This document shows, one piece after another, positions 1 through 12,849 of a stretch of DNA of 64,000 nucleotides. The stretch comes from Octopus bimaculoides (Eukaryota). The notes below the pieces were generated by a model. It worked only from the letters and a program-made list of their open reading frames with translations, ran no database searches and was not told where the DNA came from. Made by a program: the position numbers and the translations under genes. Position 1 is the stretch's first letter. Each line of letters starts with the position of its first letter. The DNA is taken from positions 60,156,892-60,220,891 of the forward strand of contig NC_068988.1 in NCBI RefSeq assembly GCF_001194135.2, in the 5' to 3' direction.

Positions 1-36
1 TGTGTGTGTGTGTGTGTGTGTGTGTGTTTGTGTGTA
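1..36. repeat. (TG)n microsatellite
   Basis: Direct reading of the sequence. Confidence 0.95.
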
Positions 37-689
37 TAAAATACACAAAAAATTCGAAAACCTCCTACTAATGCAGAGAGGAAAGTTGAAAATCCTACAT
101 ATATTTCATGACGAAGACCCACCTTCAGAAAGAAAATGTGGACCTACGTAGATGCTGTTTTTTGGATAGTCGAACGGTTACTAACTCACTTTATTTCAAC
201 GAGTATGTTGAAAAAGCCACCTCTACTACGAGAGCCGACCACCTACACTAGCCAGTTATAACCGCCTTAACTCTCAACTCTATGTCACCTGCTTCACTGT
301 AAGTTCGGAGGCTACTGTTGCCTGCATACTAACGGGACTTAGTGAGGTTTCTACCGATGGGGCTATTTTAAAGGCATTATAAACATAGGTTTACATTTCT
401 TTATCTCTATCCTTCCGAGGATGGGTATGTATACGTAAAGTAAATAAATGCTTTTTAGACTTTTTACTCTGATTGCCATTTCATTTCTCATATTTCCGAA
501 GTACATTGCTTGAAGTGAATTACAACTGTCTTCTAATATATAAATATATATNNNNNNNNNNNNNNNNNNNNNNNNNNNNNNNNNNNNNNNNNNNNNNNNN
601 NNNNNNNNNNNNNNNNNNNNNNNNNNNNNNNNNNNNNNNNNNNNNNNNNNNNNNNNNNNNNNNNNNNNNNNNNNNNNNNNNNNNNNNNN

Positions 690-730
<41 letters not shown>

Positions 731-737
731 ATGTGTG

Positions 738-1240
738 TGTCTGTGCTAAGAAATTTTCATCCGAACCAACATGGTTCCCGATTGAATCTAACTGCGCAGT
801 AGAAAGTGTCTTCAACTATCGCCTAAGATCGACCAGAACCTTGTAAGAGATGAACTTGGTTGACGGAACTGAAAGAAGCTCGTCCTATATGTGTGTGTGT
901 GTCTGTCTGTCTGTCTGTGTCTTTGCTTTTCTGCGTGTTTGTTTGTGTGTATGTGCGTGTGTGTGCATGTGTGTATGCGCACATGTGTGTGTATTGTGTG
1001 TGCGTATTTATATGTGTGCTCTGGTGTCTGTGTCTCAGTTTCTCCAGCACCACTGCTTGACAACTGGTGATGGTGTGTTTACGTCCTAAGCTGGCGGCTC
1101 GGCAAAATTATCCAATAGAATAAGTATTAAGATTCTAAAAAATAAGTCCTAAGTTCGATCTGTTCCACTAAAACCTTTCATGGCAATCCTCCAGCATGGC
1201 AGCAGTCAGATGACTAAAACTAGTAAGAGGAAAGAAAGTA
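738..1240 (+). mobile_element. tRNA-derived SINE family A, degenerate copy with internal (TG)n
   Basis: Aligns by eye with the better copy at 42760-43190: ATGGTTCCCG head, GACGGAACTGAAAGAAGCTCGTC, internal TG tract, and CCAGCATGGCAGCAGTCAGATGACT tail. Confidence 0.7.
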
Positions 1241-2129
1241 AAAGATATACATGATTAAGTATCTATGTTTGTAAGTATGAATGTATGTACATTAAAAGAA
1301 ACAGACAGAGTGGGAAGAAAATATCTTCAAGTTAGAAAAAAGATTAAATGACAAGACGTAAATACATTGGAGATGAGAATTAACTTTCACTGATAAATAA
1401 GTGATGTAAATAAGTGAAATAGTGAGATATTGATTTCTGAATTTTTCTATAATCAGGCGTGGAATATGTCGGAAATTAAAATAAAAATAGTCCAATATCT
1501 ACATGACAAAATCAAACATTTTCACATAGTAAACACTAACCTATGCAACTACCTTATATTAATTTTTAATAGGAAATAAAGCCACATCAAATATCTTGAT
1601 GATAACACATTCCGAAAGACAGACATACAATTGTCTAAAATAATATAGCATTAACTAAGTAGGATTGATAATTAATAACGGAACATAATCAAAGTTAAGA
1701 CATCGATTGCAAACACACGCATATGAAGAATATATATTTGTGTGCGTGTGTGTGTGATTGTGTGCGGTGTTTGTGTGTGGTGTTTGTGCGTGTAGGTGAT
1801 TGTGTGTGGTATTTGTGTGTGAGAGGGATAAATAGAGATGGAAAGATATTCAGACAGACAGATAGATTGACTAATAGATAGATAGATAGATAGATTCAAT
1901 ATAGGTAGACTTAACAACAGATGTACCCCATCCAGTGAGAAATAAATATCGATTTAATACACACCCGAAAGCGCTACTAATAGTTTCATGCTTTTATTAC
2001 AACTTAAATCTGTATAATTATATAATACGCTATGTATCTTCAAGAAATCTTTCAGACCCTGTTTATGCCTTATATATTAAAACTTTAAAATTAAAAATCT
2101 AGATCACAGAAATAAATATAAAAATTGGC

Positions 2130-2700
2130 ATAGAATATCAATTTATTTCGCCCTTCCCTTTTTCTGAATGTTAAGACTATCGTAGGCAAGAAATTCCAAT
2201 GTCTTTTTGATAAACATTTCCCAATAAATGGAAAATTCTGGAAGAGGAAGAATTTTAACAACCGCCTGATTAAAAATTGATGCAGCTGCTGTTCCAATAT
2301 CTCGTAAAAATCGCCGAAAGCCCACTCCTAGTTGTAGATGTGAAGACCTTGAAATTTGCACACTAGAGTAGGCGTGTATGAAAATATCTGTCATATTCGA
2401 GGCAGAGGAAATAGCAATGCCTCAAGAAAAATCAGTTGAAAAGAAATATTACAGCTGGTAACGGGAAGGCGATTTCCAAAATATTATCTAAACCACCTTT
2501 ATTCTTTACTCCACGTCAACAAAATGAATGCAGCTAAGTTCGCTAACTAGTTTCACACCACACACAATCAAGTAGAGAATCGTGTTCAAAAATCAAAATC
2601 ATATATTAATGGATCTACAAATGCAAATTATGCGTAGCAGAAAGATTTCATATTCTTCTTAGATCCAACAATTCCAACACACTACAGAATTCCCGATCTG
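2130..2700 (+). mobile_element. Penelope-like element, decayed linker plus GIY-YIG endonuclease (Hydra-clade-like)
   Basis: Interrupted translation gives PFLNVKTIVGKKF..FDKHFP, CSCCSNI, CRCEDLEIC, VIFEA..KKYY, and KCKLCVAERFHI at about 2618-2657. This matches the PLE linker, CxC and C-terminal CxLCxxE pattern. Confidence 0.6.
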
Positions 2701-3149
2701 AAACTGTTACCAGATTTAAACACATGGACAGGTTTTCCTTCTTGAATATTAGGACGCATTAACGATTGAGCTGCTGCCTTGCAAGCTCTCACAAATTTTC
2801 TCTTATTTTGTTCTATATCAGCTGATTTTTCTACAACCTTAAGTTTCTTGATTTCGTTCCTTTTTTTTTTTTGTTGTCGTTCCATTTTTGTCTATGACAT
2901 TTCCTCGCATTTCTGAATGTTTCTTCTTATTTTCTCACTGTCCAGTGTCTAGACTGAATGATTGTTAGCAGATACAAGACGTCTTTTATATATACCTGAA
3001 CTTCAGTTTTGTCACAACCTTCGGTGTGAAATAGATTTCTGACCATTTTAACAGTTCGTTTAAGGCTTAATCTTGAATTAAGAATGGTTAAAACCCAAAG
3101 AAATTCAAAAGTCAGTCCACCAACTATTGTAACTCATTAATGCAGAAGG

Positions 3150-3340
3150 CCAGCTATTTTCACAGGTAGAATCTATTCCACATCTCCATCTTCTGTTTGA
3201 CTGTTACATTAGTTTTTCGAACCCAAAAGGTTGGAAGCAAAGTTGACCACGCTGTCTTTTAAATTTAGAACGTAAAGAGACGGATTAGATGCTGCTAAAC
3301 ATTCTGTCCGAGGAGCTATGAACTCTGCCAGCTCGCTGCT
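3150..3340 (-). mobile_element. tRNA-derived SINE family B, degenerate
   Basis: Reverse complement begins GCAGCGAGCTGGCAGAGTTC and resembles the copies at 31432 and 45688. Confidence 0.6.
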
Positions 3341-3344
3341 TTAA

Positions 3345-3416
3345 TAATAATAATAATAATAACAGAGGAAGAAGAAGAAGAAGAAGAAGAAGAAGAAGAA
3401 GAAGAAGAAGAACAGC

Positions 3417-3448
<32 letters not shown>

Positions 3449-3450
3449 AA
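3345..3450. repeat. compound (AAT)n/(AAG)n/(AAC)n microsatellite
   Basis: Direct reading. Confidence 0.95.
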
Positions 3451-4139
3451 ACGACAAACATTTGTACAGAGAATGGTTGAATTTACCTAAGAATTAATAA
3501 TGATTTTCTGCCTAGAGAATTTTTCTAAATTAATCTTTCAAAGAGGAAACTAATTAAGAGTGACAATATCACACTATATAAAGTAGGATAAATAAGAGAA
3601 CAAACCCAGACATTCCAATACTTAGGACTCAATGAACTGGGTAGCATACAACACACACACATGAAAGAGAAGACGAAGAATGAATATTATATTCGATTTA
3701 AAACAGATGTGAATGTGGAAAATAAGATAGTAGTTATCAGTATTTTTGATGCTTCACTTACAAGTTCTTAACTGGACACAAAATGAACTATCTTATCTAG
3801 ATGGGAAAAATAGAAAATTAATGATCATACTAAAGATCTGGCATCGAAAGATTATATACAACGAAGTGAAGTTGGTGGATGCTTATACAACTAGTAAACT
3901 ACAATAAAATATTCACCATAGGGCTACAAAATAATGACGATGATAACGATCACATTTAAAATGTTGGTACAAAGCCAGCAATCTGACTAAGATAGCCGAT
4001 TTTATCAACCACATGTGAAGTGGGCAGCTTTTGCACTCAAGTTGATGAGGTGAGAGAAATGATGCTAAGCATTTTCTTCCGACGCGCTAACGATTCTTGC
4101 AGATCTTCGTCAGATACAATGCAATTCAAAAACCATGTC

Positions 4140-4364
4140 GTAACCAAGGAGCGAAAGAGTTTTTGGAAGACTAAAAGGGCAATTACACCTGAGATAAATG
4201 GCACAATGCATAAAACGTTATTTTAGAAAGTGAAAGTATCTTCCTATTTCCTGCAAGAGTTCCTCAGAAAGATTCTTGAGATTTACGAAGACTTGTCAAC
4301 AAACCTCAAGAAGACACTCCTGCTAAACAAATTAGCAAGTGCCATCTTAACAACAAAAAGAAGA

Positions 4365-4421
<57 letters not shown>
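4140..4421 (+). mobile_element. R4/Dong-type LINE 3' fragment with (AAT)n tail
   Basis: Degenerate LAKERKSFWKTKRAITPEINGTMHKTL ... LRKILEI* followed by a short 3' UTR and an (AAT)n run at 4366-4421. Confidence 0.5.
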
Positions 4422-4423
<2 letters not shown>

Positions 4424-4664
4424 AGTGAAACGAACACTAAGACAAAGCGATAAAAAACAAAGTACGGCAGAAACAAAATAAACTTGTGAAAATTTCAACA
4501 AGAAAGGAAAACAAATTAAAATTAAACAATCTCACGATAGCATCTACAATCTATATATGAAAATAAGCTACACTGAGAAATAAACCCATTAACAAAACAA
4601 TTATTTACTGAGAGAAAGAAGCGCAGGTGGAATAAAAACATGGAAGTCTACGAACGAAGCAGCA

Positions 4665-4808
<144 letters not shown>

Positions 4809-4926
4809 GCGAGGATGTGGGCGTGTGTGTATACATTTAATCAGATAGAATCCCCAAAACTAAATAATTTACCACGTAAACGGAAAAACATTAGACGCAT
4901 GGTGATGCTGTCATGATAAACACGCA

Positions 4927-4967
<41 letters not shown>

Positions 4968-4999
4968 AAGAATATTACATTAGTTTATGAGAAACGAGT

Positions 5000-6835
5000 T
5001 TAAACAGCAACTCTCATGGTAATAGGAGGAATGAGGCTGTACCTGAAAGGGAAGACCTCCCGCTGGGCTGTTGCTGTTGTTCAGTACAGATACAAACGAA
5101 TCTCAGTCGCTATTCTAAGAAGACAGCTTCTGTATATAATCGAGTAATGAGGAGAAAATGGAGAAGGAAAGTGTCTTGAAGTCGTGTTACTTGAAAAGTG
5201 AACGCAAAGTAAGTGCTTAGAGGAAACATATATTTGGGGTACCAGAGAGGAGACTAGTGGAACAGCCTAACATTAAGTGGTTAACAGAATTAGAGGTACA
5301 AGATATCGCAAGATTATCATAAAAGAAAATGCAAGAAGTATCACAACGTATCAACGCAGACTAGGATGAATCAAGATGCATTAGTGATATAGTTCAAGCC
5401 AAGGAAGAAGATTCTACAGGAATAAATAGTAGCACTACGATTGATGAACGGAAAACTGACACCTGCACCTTAAAAGAGGATGATCAGACAATCCTAGATG
5501 ATTTTCAGGAACAAATGAATTGGGAGAAAGAAAACGATTACCGGAATTAAACGATGTTAATAGAAGTAAGTTGCTAGATATAACAGAAAGATTTTATTAT
5601 CTGTGGGATTCATACTAAAAATATAGGTGACACTAAGCAGGAGTTGTATCTATTATGAAACTGTTTACCACGCTTGCCTACTTTTCCTTAATGAAAGATT
5701 AGGTAGGCGCTGATATGGTAAAGGAAATTAGAATATAAAGACTTAATCACAAGATCTGTGTAGAGCAGAAGCCGGAAAACAGGACAAGATGAGAAACATG
5801 AATTAAATCTTCCCTTGAGAATACATACTCAGTCAAAGATAAAGGATTTCTGAAAGTCATGTAAGAGCTGAAACCGCGTATTATAGCGATAACATGTAAG
5901 CTTTCGAGATATTAGAATTGAATATATGAGTATCAATAGAACAGATTGTTTGAGATAGACCAGAAAAGATTTTATAACCAAATATATATTATCAAAGAAA
6001 GTACTGAAGATGAAAAGCCTAATACAGAAGAAGCTAGATAGTTCTGGAGTGCCATTTAGGATACTCAAGTTATTAAGAGGTAGCCAAATCTGAAGATAGC
6101 TAGTGTATTAATGAGCAAAGTGTGAGGAAGAATCCTGAACTGGACGACCCAAGACGGATTTAGTTCAAGGATATTGGTTAAGGAAATGTATTACGTAGGG
6201 TACTGAGAGAACAGCAACAAAGCTATGACGAAAGTGTTACTCATATAGATAGCGAACATAGTATGCTGGCTCAGAAGGAATACAAGGAAAAACATAGTAT
6301 CCTAGGGGAAATTGTTCACTGGAACCTATGTAGAAAGTTGAAGTTTCGGAATGCTGATAGGTGGTATAAGCCGGAACCTAGAAAAGCGTTAGAAATTAAG
6401 GACTACAGGATGTTGCAGGGTTTTATAATCCTGCAATAGAAGCCAGAATGCTTGATTTAGTTGTAATAGAGAACGTGACTACAAAATGATAGGCAAATGA
6501 TTTTATAGTGTAAAATGAAAATGAAGTTAATGTGAGAGGTATGGGGAAAGTATCAAGACCTAGCTATTGAGCTACAAAGGCTACCGAAAATGCAGACAAC
6601 ATACTTCCCTGTGGTTATAAGTGCATGAAGAACTTGTCAATAAGTTTGAACAGACGGATAGAAGAAATAGGCATAAAATCTAGTTCAGTGCAGTTCCCAA
6701 AACAGTATTATTTGGGACAGTTATGACACTAAGAAAGCTTCTCAATATCTAAGGTTATTTGATGTAGCCCGATGCTGGGAGTTTTTCCATGTCAAATCTG
6801 CTGTGCGGAAATGAAGTAATAAAAATAATCGTGCT
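5000..6835 (+). mobile_element. R4/Dong-type RLE LINE, internally deleted (RT domain missing)
   Basis: N-terminal CYLKSE..KWLTELE, then NRLFEIDQKRFYNQ (5943-5980), FWSAI*D and IPNWTT..DLVQGYW (to about 6180). The sequence then jumps directly to a decayed CCHC, VHWNLCRK (6314) and the RLE, ending QKTVLFGT..LRKLLNI*, then a 3' UTR and AAT-like tail. Many stops and frameshifts. Confidence 0.8.
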
Positions 6836-7669
6836 GATGAGAATGATAAGGAAAAGAAAAGGAGGGGAAGGAGCTCTTTGCAATAATTTCCTTTATTAAA
6901 AAAATTCAGCTGTGTTTCGTTCCATATGTTTTTCAATTCCATCTTTTTTGTATTGTCTTCTTTTGATTCAGTAGTAATGCAACAAAGATGAGAAATTCAA
7001 CGCAATACATTATATTGTTTTTAAGAATACGTTCTTCTGTGAAGATAATGTTTTTCCATTACTTATAGATATGAAGGGATAATTCCAAGAATTTTATAGG
7101 ATAATACCAATAGATTTACTTCCTTGAAAATAATAGCTATGCAAAAATTAAAAGTCTTCTTGCTCTTTTTTAAATACGATGGGCGTATGTAATGAGAAAT
7201 GACAGAATGAGAAAATATAATAACGTTCGATATGAGTGAGAAAACAGAAAAATAAAAGGCGTTGATGTGGTAAAATCATAAAAAGAATTGAAGAGAAATG
7301 AAATAATAGCTATTAAGATATAAAAAGGTGCGAAACATATAACAAAAGATTATTGCATTATATTTCTAGGCGATTTATGAATCATTTCTAACCTTGATAT
7401 TTTTGGAACTTATGTATGAGCTGGTACGGTAACGGATTCCAAGTGAACTTTGGTAATACATTATTGTAGATAGTTTAATGTAATTCTGAAGAGTTCTGAA
7501 AAACATAAAAACCATAGCAATTGAAATGTAATATACTTACTCAATATTACACATGAATATACTACAACATTCATGACGTTTAAAGGCAAATAATCGCAGA
7601 CATACGCGTGTGTATACATACTTACGTATGTGTGTGTTCACTCACACGTAAGTATGTATATATATGTTT

Positions 7670-7701
7670 GTGTATATATATATCTATATGCATATATATA
7701 T

Positions 7702-7755
<54 letters not shown>
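7670..7755. repeat. (TA)n-rich microsatellite
   Basis: Direct reading. Confidence 0.95.
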
Positions 7756-7759
<4 letters not shown>

Positions 7760-8649
7760 GTACAGTTTGCGCAATCGTATTATGAACCGCTTTCTAACGT
7801 TCTTCTATAAATATTAACGATAGTGTAGTGCAGGGCACATGCTGAGTTTTAACAAAATGTCTCAGAACGGCTAGCGAATCTATTGTTGGATCTTTCTGCT
7901 AATTTTTCCAGTGGTAAAAATGCTATTTAACAACAGGACAAAATACACCTGGGGAATATGTTTCAATATAACGTTATGCTTTCCTGTCATTTCTTGTTGA
8001 TACCAAAGTCTTAAGAACTGAAAGCTTAGGCTGTGGCTTCTAAGCTAACTGTGATCAAAGACAATGCAGAACAAAACATGTTTCTCCTCAAGAATCTAAA
8101 AACTAATTAACTGGAAAACAGTTAAGAAGAACAACACTAAACTTAAACCGCGTTCAAGTTTTCAATACACAGAAAGCATTATCAGATTCTAGCAAATCAC
8201 CATTTGGTGGAATTACAAATAACGCGTGAAAATATATTTTTATACGATATATCATTTTCTCTCAACCTTTTCTTTGAATATTGATTTCATTGCATAAAAT
8301 TCAATGTTCTTCCATTATTCACAAGCTTTATTGAATTAAATATCTGACTTCTTTCTTTTTTTGAAATATACGGTAGATTTTCTTTTGATTGATTCAAGCA
8401 ATACTGTAAACAGGAATTCATTACGAAAAAGTATTTATCAGTCACTATCTGAAAAGACCATGAATATATGCGTGTACTGTTTATTCATGCATTTATACAT
8501 GCATGCATGCATACATACATACATACATATATACACATACTCATATATGTATATATATGTAAACAGAGTTAGCGGTTATAATAACCGACTAAGGGATAAA
8601 ATATCCGTATATACTAACGGTATCCGTAACCCGTATTAACCCCGGGCAT

Positions 8650-9975
8650 TGGTATGCAATGACATGGTGTCCCACCAGGAAGAAGCTTCTTGACTCAGCT
8701 CTTACATCACTATGACTGAGTGCTGAAACAGCTGCTCAACCACTCATATGTGGAAGGGATATATTTCGACTTTGCAAAGGCCTTTGACAAAGTCGATCAT
8801 GGAATGATATGTCACAAACTGCGTGATCTGGGCATAATTGGGAAATTGGGAGAATGGCTTCATGACTTTCTGAAGGATAGATGTCAGGTGGTAGTAGCCA
8901 ATGTCGCCACCTCCAATGACACGCAAATAGTGAGTGGTGTTCTGCACTGTTCTGGGACTACTACTGTTCGTAATGACCCCCTCAGACATGCCCTCAGCCA
9001 CACAGAGTGCCAGGATCACAAGTTATGCAGATGATACAAAAGTCTCACAGGTAATACAGAATCCTGAAGACATTATGCACCTGTAATGTGAACTGGATGA
9101 AATATACAAGTGGGCTGAAAAGAATAGCATGCAGTTTAATGCTGAACAGTTTCAAGCCTTGTTCTATCAGCATGCAAGACTAAATGCAATACACATTAAA
9201 TAAAATGGACCCGGAGGGATTGCAATCCTAGACGCACAGTCAGTGCGAGACATGGGCATTTACATAAGTAATAATGCATCTTTCCATGTGCATGTTGCTA
9301 AATTGGCAATGAAATGCAGGCGACTGACCGAGTGGATTCTTAGAACTTTTAGAATAAAAGATCAGGAAACCATGGTGGTCCTCTGGAGGACACTTGTCCT
9401 CAGAAACTTTGACTATTGCTCTCAGCTATGGTCACCAACCATTGTCAAATTAATCTCAGAACTAGAAGCAATCCAACGAAGCTACAAAAAGAAGAGAGCC
9501 TCTATGCAACATATAAGCTACTGGGAAAGACTCAAGAGATTAAGACTTTATTCCTTACAGCGTAGGCAAGAAGGATATGCTATAATATACATCTGGAAGA
9601 TCCTGGAAGGACTTGCCCCAAACTTTGGCATCGTAAATTACACATATACGAGAACTGGGCGCTACATCATAGAGCCAAGAACTACAAATTTGCCATCGAG
9701 ATGTAGGACACGATACTGGGCTTCAGATGTCACCAGCTCTTCAATATCCAACTGAAGGACCTGTGAGACCTGCATGGGGTGGATGTAGGTGTCTTCAAAA
9801 TACAGCTGGACGCAGATGAACCAACTTCGCTGCAGGAGCTGCAGTTATGGGCAGCGGGATCACACTACCTCATGCACCGAATGTCAATTCCTAAAAAGCA
9901 TTCGTGAAGTAAAATTATGTAGCAACACTAAATAGTGGTGCCCTAGCATGGCCACAGCTCGGGAGTTGAAACTAG
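8650..9975 (+). mobile_element. CR1-group LINE, 5'-truncated ORF2 reverse transcriptase pseudogene with 3' end
   Basis: HGVPPGRSFLTQLL, YFDFAKAFDKVDH, YADD (9024-9035), DMGIYISNN, DYCSQLWSP, LEAIQR, YWERLKRLRLYSLQRR (ORFs 8720-9034 and 9243-9755). The 3' tail ends in GAAACTAGA and an A/T run. Confidence 0.92.
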
Positions 9976-10585
9976 ATATTAAAAATATATATAAATATAT
10001 ATATATATGTAAACATATATATATAAATATATATATATNNNNNNNNNNNNNNNNNNNNNNNNNNNNNNNNNNNNNNNNNNNNNNNNNNNNNNNNNNNNNN
10101 NNNNNNNNNNNNNNNNNNNNNNNNNNNNNNNNNNNNNNNNNNNNNNNNNNNNNNNNNNNNNNNNNNNNNNNNNNNNNNNNNNNNNNNNNNNNNNNNNNNN
10201 NNNNNNNNNNNNNNNNNNNNNNNNNCACCGAATGTCAATTCCTAAAAAGCATTCGTGAAGTAAAATTATGTAGCAACACTAAATAGTGGTGCCCTAGCAT
10301 GGCCACAGCTCGGGAGTTGAAACTAGATATTAAAAATATATATAAATATATATATATATGTAAACATATATATATAAATATATTTAATTATATGTATTTA
10401 TTTTCTCCTATTAAAAATAATTCGGATAAAATAAATGGGTTAATAGATACCAGGGTAGCAAAGATCACAAAATAACTGTGGTGTAACTCCTGTTAGTGAG
10501 GCAGAAACTCCTTGATATTTTGGGTATTTGAGTATATATTAATTTAAAGAATGGAGTAAACGCATGTTATAACTGCATACTTTTA

Positions 10586-10669
10586 TTCCGATATATGTTT
10601 CGAAGAATTACAATTAATGGGATCCATTGGAATCGGCGACGTTAAAAATGTAAACTTCTCCTCAGGGAA
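10586..10669 (-). ncRNA. Minimal type I hammerhead ribozyme motif (PLE pLTR type), extended stem II
   Basis: Minus strand reads TTCC CTGAGGA GAAG-T-TTACA..TGTAA-TT-CTTC GAAA C ATAT A TC GGAA. Both core boxes are present, stem I is TTCC/GGAA, and the stem III loop is palindromic. One mismatch at position 16.2 (A instead of G). Confidence 0.6.
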
Positions 10670-11578
10670 ATGTATTGGAACCAGCTTAAACGTAAGACAT
10701 TATAACCGAGTATCGGCATCTCTTCAGTTATCGAGGAAATTAAAATATGCTATGAAAATGACCGTTAAACAAAGGGAAATTACTATCTAATTAAATGACT
10801 GTTATTAATACTAAAGCACTATTAGAATGAACGTTAACTAAGGGAAAAACCGAAAGAGTAGCAGTAAAAAGTAAAAGGTAAAGGAGTAAGAAAGCTCATA
10901 ACAATCGCGTGTACGCAAATTTACACGCATACACATGCCCGTACGCACACCCGCCCACATGTGCCTATATGCATATGTTCACTCAGACTTGCAGGAAACA
11001 CACACATGCGCACCAACACATACGTCAAATGCATGCACATATATATATGCAACCATGCATGTGCACGTTTAGAAATCCACACACACATGCACACTTATAT
11101 TCAAATACACACGCGTGCACACATCCCTGTACACATGCACGTAACCATACGCGCACAGTTATATTCAAACGCACGTCTAAAAAGCATGTATCCTATATGT
11201 ACATACCCTCACTTACACTCGCGTAACTGCACACACGCACACACATACACACATGCGCCCGGGCACAACAATTTCATATAGACGTATATATACGCACATG
11301 CACAAGAATAATTCAGAGTGGAAGGTAAAATACAGGAAAAAAGGTGTAAAAATATATAAGGCAATAAAAATATTAAAATATTTCCCTATAAGTATGTAAA
11401 AAAATATGTAAAAATATATATATAACATGTATAGAGAGATGAAAAACTGTACGTGGACACAATATAAAAAGCAAGTTCTATCTGTGATCTTGGGGTAACA
11501 AAAAACGTAAATTTTTAGCCACATGTGAACATGATCCCAAAACGATAGACTTATAAAAATATATATAAATATAAATAC

Positions 11579-11579
<1 letters not shown>

Positions 11580-11648
<69 letters not shown>

Positions 11649-11662
11649 GTATGTATATATAT
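11580..11662. repeat. (TA)n-(TATG)n microsatellite
   Basis: Direct reading. Confidence 0.95.
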
Positions 11663-12849
11663 AAAGGCACGCAAACACAGACATACAAAAGGATATATAG
11701 GCATATAAATGAAAACAATTTAGATGGATAGATAAACAAGTAGAAATAATTCTCCTTTCCTTGGCAGTACAATGATTATTATGTATGTGTTACGTAATAT
11801 GTATATGTTACTATGTTATATTTAATCACCATCGAGAAACAATGTTACGTTTTAACAACACTAAGCAATGATTTGTATATTTTCAGGCCTACCAATTCTA
11901 CCGTGATTTATTTTTCTATCATTAGAAACGCTCCAGAAATGTATGTGGAATATTATTAGGTTATATATCCAACATCGTTATTATTCATGATGAATCTATT
12001 TTTTCTAACCATGATGAATTGCTTCTATAGATAATATAATATTGCCGAACAATCTTTTAAAAGAATGCGCTTCGATTGGTAAATACCATTAGCACCTAAA
12101 TGGCTTTTTTCCCTAACGTTACAACAAATGTTGTTTTGTCATATTCTTTCTGAAGAAAAAACAATCTTCTTCACCATTTACATATCAAAGCATACTCTTT
12201 GTGCTACATAAATGAATTAAACATAGTAAATATAACATTTTCCTTTCTACTTTCCTTCCTCTTTTATATTTAAATCATTTTCCTTTATAAAAATCGAGTT
12301 CATGTTATCAATGAAAATATATCCAAATACTGAACATAAGTATTCAATGCTAGCTGCTTTCCTATTAGTTATACATCGACACGCTAGCATACTCTATGCA
12401 GGAGTGAGTGTTTTTATTTGAGAATATATGTTAATAGTTATAGTAAATCGTGTTTAGTCAATTTTCTTCTTTTTAGATTTATTTTGGGCCCTATCAAGTA
12501 AAAGTCTGCATAACACGAACTTTCAAAACTGGAGTCTCAGTGCATTTCTTTTCAGTCCCGTACAGTGTTTGACGCTCTGCCAACATCAACACTCTTACAC
12601 ATATGAGGAATAAGAGAAATCCCATGGACAAAATTAGTGGATAGAAAAGCGAGTAGGCACGCATAGTGGAAGAGTGCACTTTGGTAGGGGAAATATAGTG
12701 TGTCATAATATCTTCAGGGCATTGATTTTTAGGAACCAGAAGAGCTCATATACTAAGTTCAACATGAAGCCGCTATGAGTAAGCTTCTTTCGCTGGAGAT
12801 GAAAGAGAACGGTGTAGATATGGTCTAAATGACTGCAGTTCAAAGGAAT

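Noticed and set aside
40-470. Stop-interrupted plus-strand frame (FENLLLMQRGK..YESRPPT..) that may be a decayed ORF1-like element
   Set aside because: Similarity to the ORF1s in the window is too weak to support a call.
850-1089. Poly-CV/HT/YI/LL/II/NN ORFs throughout the window
   Set aside because: These are translations of (TG)n, (TA)n and (ATT)n tracts.
9875-10381. Identical duplication of about 155 bp (9875 onward and 10226 onward) including the LINE tail
   Set aside because: The copies are exact and sit on either side of an N-gap, so this is most likely an unmerged contig overlap rather than a tandem repeat.
12494-12706. Minus-strand ORF with LSMG resembling a PLE RT motif
   Set aside because: Only a few residues match; insufficient evidence.
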